Below are positions 58,591-64,000 of a DNA stretch of 64,000 bases, one piece after another. This stretch comes from Octopus sinensis. Its lineage: Eukaryota. A program made the translations under genes and the position numbers. Each line of letters starts with the position of its first letter. Within the stretch, counting starts at the first letter, position 1. The notes beneath the pieces are model-generated. The model had not been told where the DNA came from. It made no database searches and saw nothing but the letters and a program-made list of their open reading frames with translations. The stretch is taken from positions 121,024,001 through 121,088,000 of the forward strand of contig NC_042999.1 of assembly GCF_006345805.1 (NCBI RefSeq). The letters run 5' to 3'.

Positions 58591-61500
58591 TCTTCTCATT
58601 CTCTCATTCTTTTTTTCCTGCCAGTCTTAAAAAGTAATACCCCAAGATGTGTATCACGACGGCATCCCTGCTACTACATCGAGAAGGGGATCCTATGCAG
58701 GGCAAACCATTTTCCAGGTTTTATTATTATAATAAGAAAGAGTTTGAAAGGTAAAACTAAATAATGACATGCCAATATGTTAATATTAAACCATATATTA
58801 TAAGAACAACAACGACATAAAAAGTGAGCTAGGATAAAATTACACAATGAAATTGGATTATCGAAGGTTAAGTGTAGGATATCGATAAAAAAAATATATC
58901 TAAATAAAATATATCAAAGTTTTAAAAATCAGTAAATCAATACAAAATTATGAACTTGTTTCTCTGAATTTTCCGAACGTTAATAACAATATACAGCCTT
59001 AATAATAAGAAATTTAATTTAAATCCATGAAATACACCTTCGGAATGCATGTGACATGAGTAACAGTAAACTAATAACAAACTGTGTTTTTATTAAGTGC
59101 ACTAACTGGAAGAAAGTTGAAAAGAAACATCAAAAATATAAGATATTTCAATGTTTTGAAGTAAAAAGCAAACTTCGCTAAAATATTTCATATCTTTAAA
59201 GAATCGATATTAAAAGCATTACATGAATATTGTTATGTAGCGAAATATTTTAAAACGACATTTTTGATATAAGTATTAAAATTATGGAACTAGTTACATT
59301 ATTCGAAGCAAAATTTAAATTATACTGGTTGCTATAATCATAAAAGTAACATTTGGTGACAGAGATAATGGAATGTTTCGCTTCAAGAGTTTTTAGTTTT
59401 CAGTTCACAATTTAATTAGGACCTTTAACACTTTAATAATCCTTATTATAGTTCCAAAATTTTAACTATTATTTCTATGATTGTCATTATTAAAATTTTG
59501 ATATTATAGTTTGCCATGAATTCAGAACAAATATATATTGTATTCGTAACATATGACAACGTATTTCTTTAAAAATAAATAAGTGCTGAGAAATAGCCCC
59601 GATTCTGTAATATATATTTTTATTTTATCTTTTAATCAATGGGAAATATTGTCCCCTTTCCATGATTCTTTACAGCACTTCTGGGACTGGTGGGAAAAGG
59701 TAGAAAAGTGTCCTTAAACTGAAGATGAGACCCGAATTCTTTCAATCGAGTAGACTTCGTTTAAAGCACCCAACGTGCTAGGTGGTAATGTTATGCTGAG
59801 CAACGGATTAAATCCTTCATACAAGTAAATCATGGTGATGATGAACCTCTTTGGTCCGGTATTTTGTGTTCCAGCAACTTCCATAGCCCGCACGTTTTGA
59901 AATTACCGCCATTAGTTTGCAAATATGCCTCCGGGTGACACTGCCAGGCTTGTTTATATTATTCTATATCAACCAGATGAGTGCCTTTGATACAGTTTAG
60001 TTGATTTAATATATTCAGCTGTATTCCAGTGCCTCAGGATATCATTGAAAAGGCTAAAAGGGACAAAAGATGGTGTTGGTTAAAAAGAAAGGAAGTTCTT
60101 TTAAATTGACTGTGACGACTTCAACATTTCTATACCAAAAAGGTACAATAATTTTTATTTTGTGTAATGCACATTAGCGAATGGAATAATGCAGTATCAC
60201 TTCTAGGAATGTAAAATAATAGGGTTAGTAGAAACAAGTATCAAACATTAGTTAGTGTATATACTTTCTATAAAACCATAACGATTATATAAATCATATT
60301 TCTTTAGTTACAAAGCAAACCGATATTATCTATAATAGAATATACACAGTTTTCCTTTTTTAATTTAAAGACCATACGTTTCTACTATTTAACTGTAAAT
60401 ATAAGGATAAACTTAACTTAAAATTCCAAAAATAAAACATTCAAAGGTTGATAGATAGATGCGACATGCTATGAGTCAACTTTTGAAAGCGCAGTTAAAT
60501 GGAAAAATGTATTTGCTGTGTATGTTCTTGATAATATTGTGCAAGCTGTATTATGTTTTTTTTATAGCTTGTACGTACATGTTAAACGTGAATTTCGGTT
60601 AGTATTAGCATTTCAAGAAAAGCTACGTAATTGGATTGGAATAACAATGTTTATTTCAAAACAGTCAGAAATATATATAATATTCTTAGGTTTCTGGATA
60701 TCTGCACGTCTAAAAAGTGTAAAATCCAGAACAAAAAAATAATATGAATATAAACAATAAAACAAAGTTATGCTTTTCCACATACAACTATATATGCTCA
60801 AGTGAGCAAACTCTCAAACTAACGTTATTGAACTAACAAACGAACTTATAAAGTACATACTGAGACATACAATTACATCAGTAGAAACATATATGCGCAT
60901 ACATGCAACTTATTTAAAGCTACATAAACATTATATAGTTTTGCCTTCAGATGAAGTAGATTATATCCATAAATATGCACCAAGCATATAAATGCATTTA
61001 CATGTAAAAGAAAATATACATTTTTTGTTCATTTTCATATACGTTCATTCGCTTCTCCTGCCACATCGACCAATGAAGTCATCGAGCCAGCCACCCATCC
61101 ATCATGAATATATGTGCTCAGTCATGCACACGCTCTTCTCAAAGCGTCTTTATCATTAACGCTCTATTGAAAGAATATCATTGCTGCTACTGCTAAGGGA
61201 GCTACCATGCAGCTGCTATAGCTACTGCCAAATTTATCAATTTTCAGAGTTGCTGTAGCAGAGAATCCTACTGCAAATGCGTTCACTATGCATAGATCCT
61301 GGAAAGTACCAGCCAAAGGAATGTGTATTATGCAGTGAATTTTTCAGATCAATACTATAGGGAATAAATATCTTCGAATCAGTTTATTAATATTAATGCC
61401 GTTGCACAAAAATAATCATGACAGTCCACAAACAGAACAATAGCGAAATTATCTCCATATCAGAGTAATATCTATGAAGTTATAAATTCTTCTTAGAAGC

Positions 61501-63144
61501 AATCAATGACTGGGTGCTGAGAAAGTATGCGCATGCTCATTTAGTCAGGTAGCTTAGTGCTATATTTAAGAGTACCATTATCTTAGACATAAAAAGCACG
61601 GACCATATGCATCTGGAGTTTCCCTTAGGTTCCATGTATTAATGATGAGCTAGGAGCTCTCCCAATTTTTTATTTTTTATTTTTAAAATGCTTGTAAAAA
61701 GTGCCACACATCTATGAATCTGTGGCTGTTACTTTGGAAGATATTTACTTCAGAATAAAGTTCCGATCGTAGCATTCAGATCAGCTTAATAATTCTAAGA
61801 AATGCAGCGTACATTTGTTTGAACTATGCATGACTTCCGAGACTCAAGTACACCGATATATTTTGTTATAGATGACATGCATTTAAGACTTGAATTTCTG
61901 TAATTTTTGTTTTGCCTTTCTTCTTTGTATTTTACAGTAATCATTCAAAGCATATTTTCTTAAAAAATATCGGAGACTTACTAGTTTAATAGCATCCATT
62001 AATAGACGCTAAAGAGAGCCTCATGACAAATTTTTTTTTTCCATCTGGCAACGGTAATTTTAACTGAACGACTTGACTGTTTTAGAATGAAACAAGTATA
62101 TGACACTGAATAGCAACAGTTTACTATAAAGATAAAAATATGATCTTATCAATATGAATACTTTATGTTCTTTCAAAACAAATAACATTAAGAACAATTT
62201 ACTTTTGGGAGGAATAAAGTCTAAAAAGATATATAAATACTATGATACATATCATCGTTGTTAAGATAAGAACTGAGTGCTGTTATTGTTATAAGACTTA
62301 CCGACCAACTAAGCTTCTTGAGAAATGGTTTTGGATAAGCTGATCTTTATGCATATGAACATGAAATACGTCATGTAGTAATATATTTCTATATATCAAA
62401 ACATTCAAAGCTATGAAGAAACTTTAAGATTAAAATCTGGAGTTAAAATCTGAAGATAGTGTCAAACCAGATATGGGATAAACAGAGGTCTGTTACTGGC
62501 AAATCATGTAAATCAGTACAACGGACAACCAGTAACCAAACCTGCAAACGCATTAACCTTGTTTGCTAAGAAGGTGAATTCTTAGAAATCCTTCGGAACG
62601 ACAATCAAAGCTCGTCAAAGAAGGGTGAAATAATTCGGTATAATCAATGGTCATCCAATACTGACTAGGTGTACCATAACAAGACTTCAAGTAGGCAAAG
62701 ATGCATCACAGTCTGCAGCCCATTTGTTGCAGTGGCTTGCCTTCCTTACCCGCTGTTTACTACCAAAGAATGCTACGGCAAAGCCTACTATCACTTAAAT
62801 CTCTTGCAAGTAGCCCTAATAAATCATATCAACTTGTTAAAAAGGCACTGGATAAATCGTCGCCCGGATAACGAAGATTACGTTGGCTGTTCCCCACTCC
62901 AAGCAGAAACAAGAATTTTACTAGAATACAAGACAGAGGGCCTTTATCTTTGCCAATAGAATGTCAGGACACTACTAGAGAGAAGGAAAACAGGCCAATT
63001 AGAATAGTATACCACGTGTGGCTCTTGATCTGGAAAGATATAGCAACCCTTTGTGAGATAGGACAGCGAAAATATGGTACTATCAAAGACATGAGGCATA
63101 TATTCTTGATAATACCATATTTTGGCATTAAATGTTGTTTATAA

Positions 63145-63420
63145 ACCACAGGCCTGGAAAGATGCTAGTATAGTCCCCAATCCCAAGAAGGATAGCACTA
63201 ATGAATGCCGTTACTATCAACATTTTTCTACACTTGCTGGAAAGAACCTTGCAAAAGTGTTGCTAAACAGGCTGTAAGAAAATCACAGTCCTTAGCCTGT
63301 AACTCAATGTGGATCCAAGGAAGGAAAAGTGCATCATTGATACATTATTCTGTCTCTGTTAGATCCAGTTAAAAGTATAGCAGAACAGAGCATTGTATGT
63401 GGTATTCACTGACGTTACGA
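63145..63420 (+). mobile_element. RTE-type LINE RT N-terminal remnant
   Basis: Translates to QAWKDASIV..PKK..., LAGKNLAKVLLNRL and TQCG, matching the RTE consensus PQDWKDA.IV..K...IAGKILARVLLNRL...SQCGFR. Confidence 0.6.
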
Positions 63421-64000
63421 AATTGTAACGAAAATATGATTGTCGGTTACTAAGTATGACGGTTATATATAACGATATGGTGCATCAGATTAATGAATGA
63501 AGAACAATATTAATTGCTTGTTGAGATGGCTATTTTATTTATGCCATTAGTATGATAGTCGTTACACTATAGAAAATACAACTTCTTCAAGTTGCAGTAT
63601 ACAAGTTATTTGTTGATCTCGAATCCATTACATAGGTGGTAGATTCATCTGTGAGACACTACTACAGAGAAAGAGAAAGAGTAAGAAAGTCAAGGCAGAT
63701 ACAAAGAGTAAGAGTTGTATTGTCCCTCGAACAAAAAGGGATTGTTCTCCATTGATACCGAACAGAAGGAAGAAGGATGAGAGAGAAACGTGCTCTTGGT
63801 AGGTGCCGAGTGACTAAAGAGATGCCCCGGTCTTTGGATGTGTATTTATATTATTCATAACTAAATATAAGGTCGAGCTAAACAAAGCGTTTTTCCTCTA
63901 CATCAATTTTGACCTATATCTGATTTTTCAAAGCTCAAGAAGTCAGCTTATTTTCATAAGTCTCCTAGTGCAAAAGGCTAGAACAATGGGCCGAGGAATT

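Noticed and set aside
61248-61295. Cys-rich mini-frame SCCSRESYCKCVHYA* after TTTTCAG
   Set aside because: It is too short, has no signal-peptide exon and does not match a family I recognise.
61528-61569. NRF1-like TGCGCATGCTCA next to a MEF2/TATA-like CTATATTTAA
   Set aside because: Short motifs like these are expected by chance in 64 kb of AT-rich DNA, and no transcript or ORF is linked.

Overview
This is AT-rich, microsatellite-dense eukaryotic DNA. The SINE families and the mix of Dong/R4, RTE, mariner and Penelope-type elements suggest a cephalopod, most likely Octopus (inferred by recognition, not by search). I cannot support any host protein-coding exon, tRNA, rRNA or CRISPR array, and most ORFs in the track are microsatellite read-throughs or transposon fragments. 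The left ~31 kb is packed with mobile elements: a near full-length but frameshifted Dong/R4 non-LTR retrotransposon (RT, CCHC, restriction-like endonuclease) with about 7 further fragments, most of them next to trinucleotide, mainly (TAA)n, repeats; a Tigger; two mariners; a probable Chapaev3 fragment; a non-autonomous Helitron; and many tRNA-derived SINEs, some in tandem arrays. The right half holds two more mariners, a maT/DD37D-like element nested in a SINE, scattered SINEs, an RTE fragment and a long repeat-poor AT-rich stretch. The most interesting unexplained signal is a set of five short non-coding cassettes, mostly different in sequence, that each carry a minimal type-I hammerhead-ribozyme-like motif (353-390, 2019-2077, 2646-2687, 4864-4903, and a pair at 30783-30828/30989-31019). 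Two have the compensatory U3:A8 core. Two sit in Penelope-style inverted-repeat structures, one with a 3' tail and a 10-bp TSD. In all five the predicted cleavage site lies about 89-106 nt from the cassette 3' end. They look like ribozyme-bearing, non-autonomous Penelope-like or retrozyme-like mini-elements.
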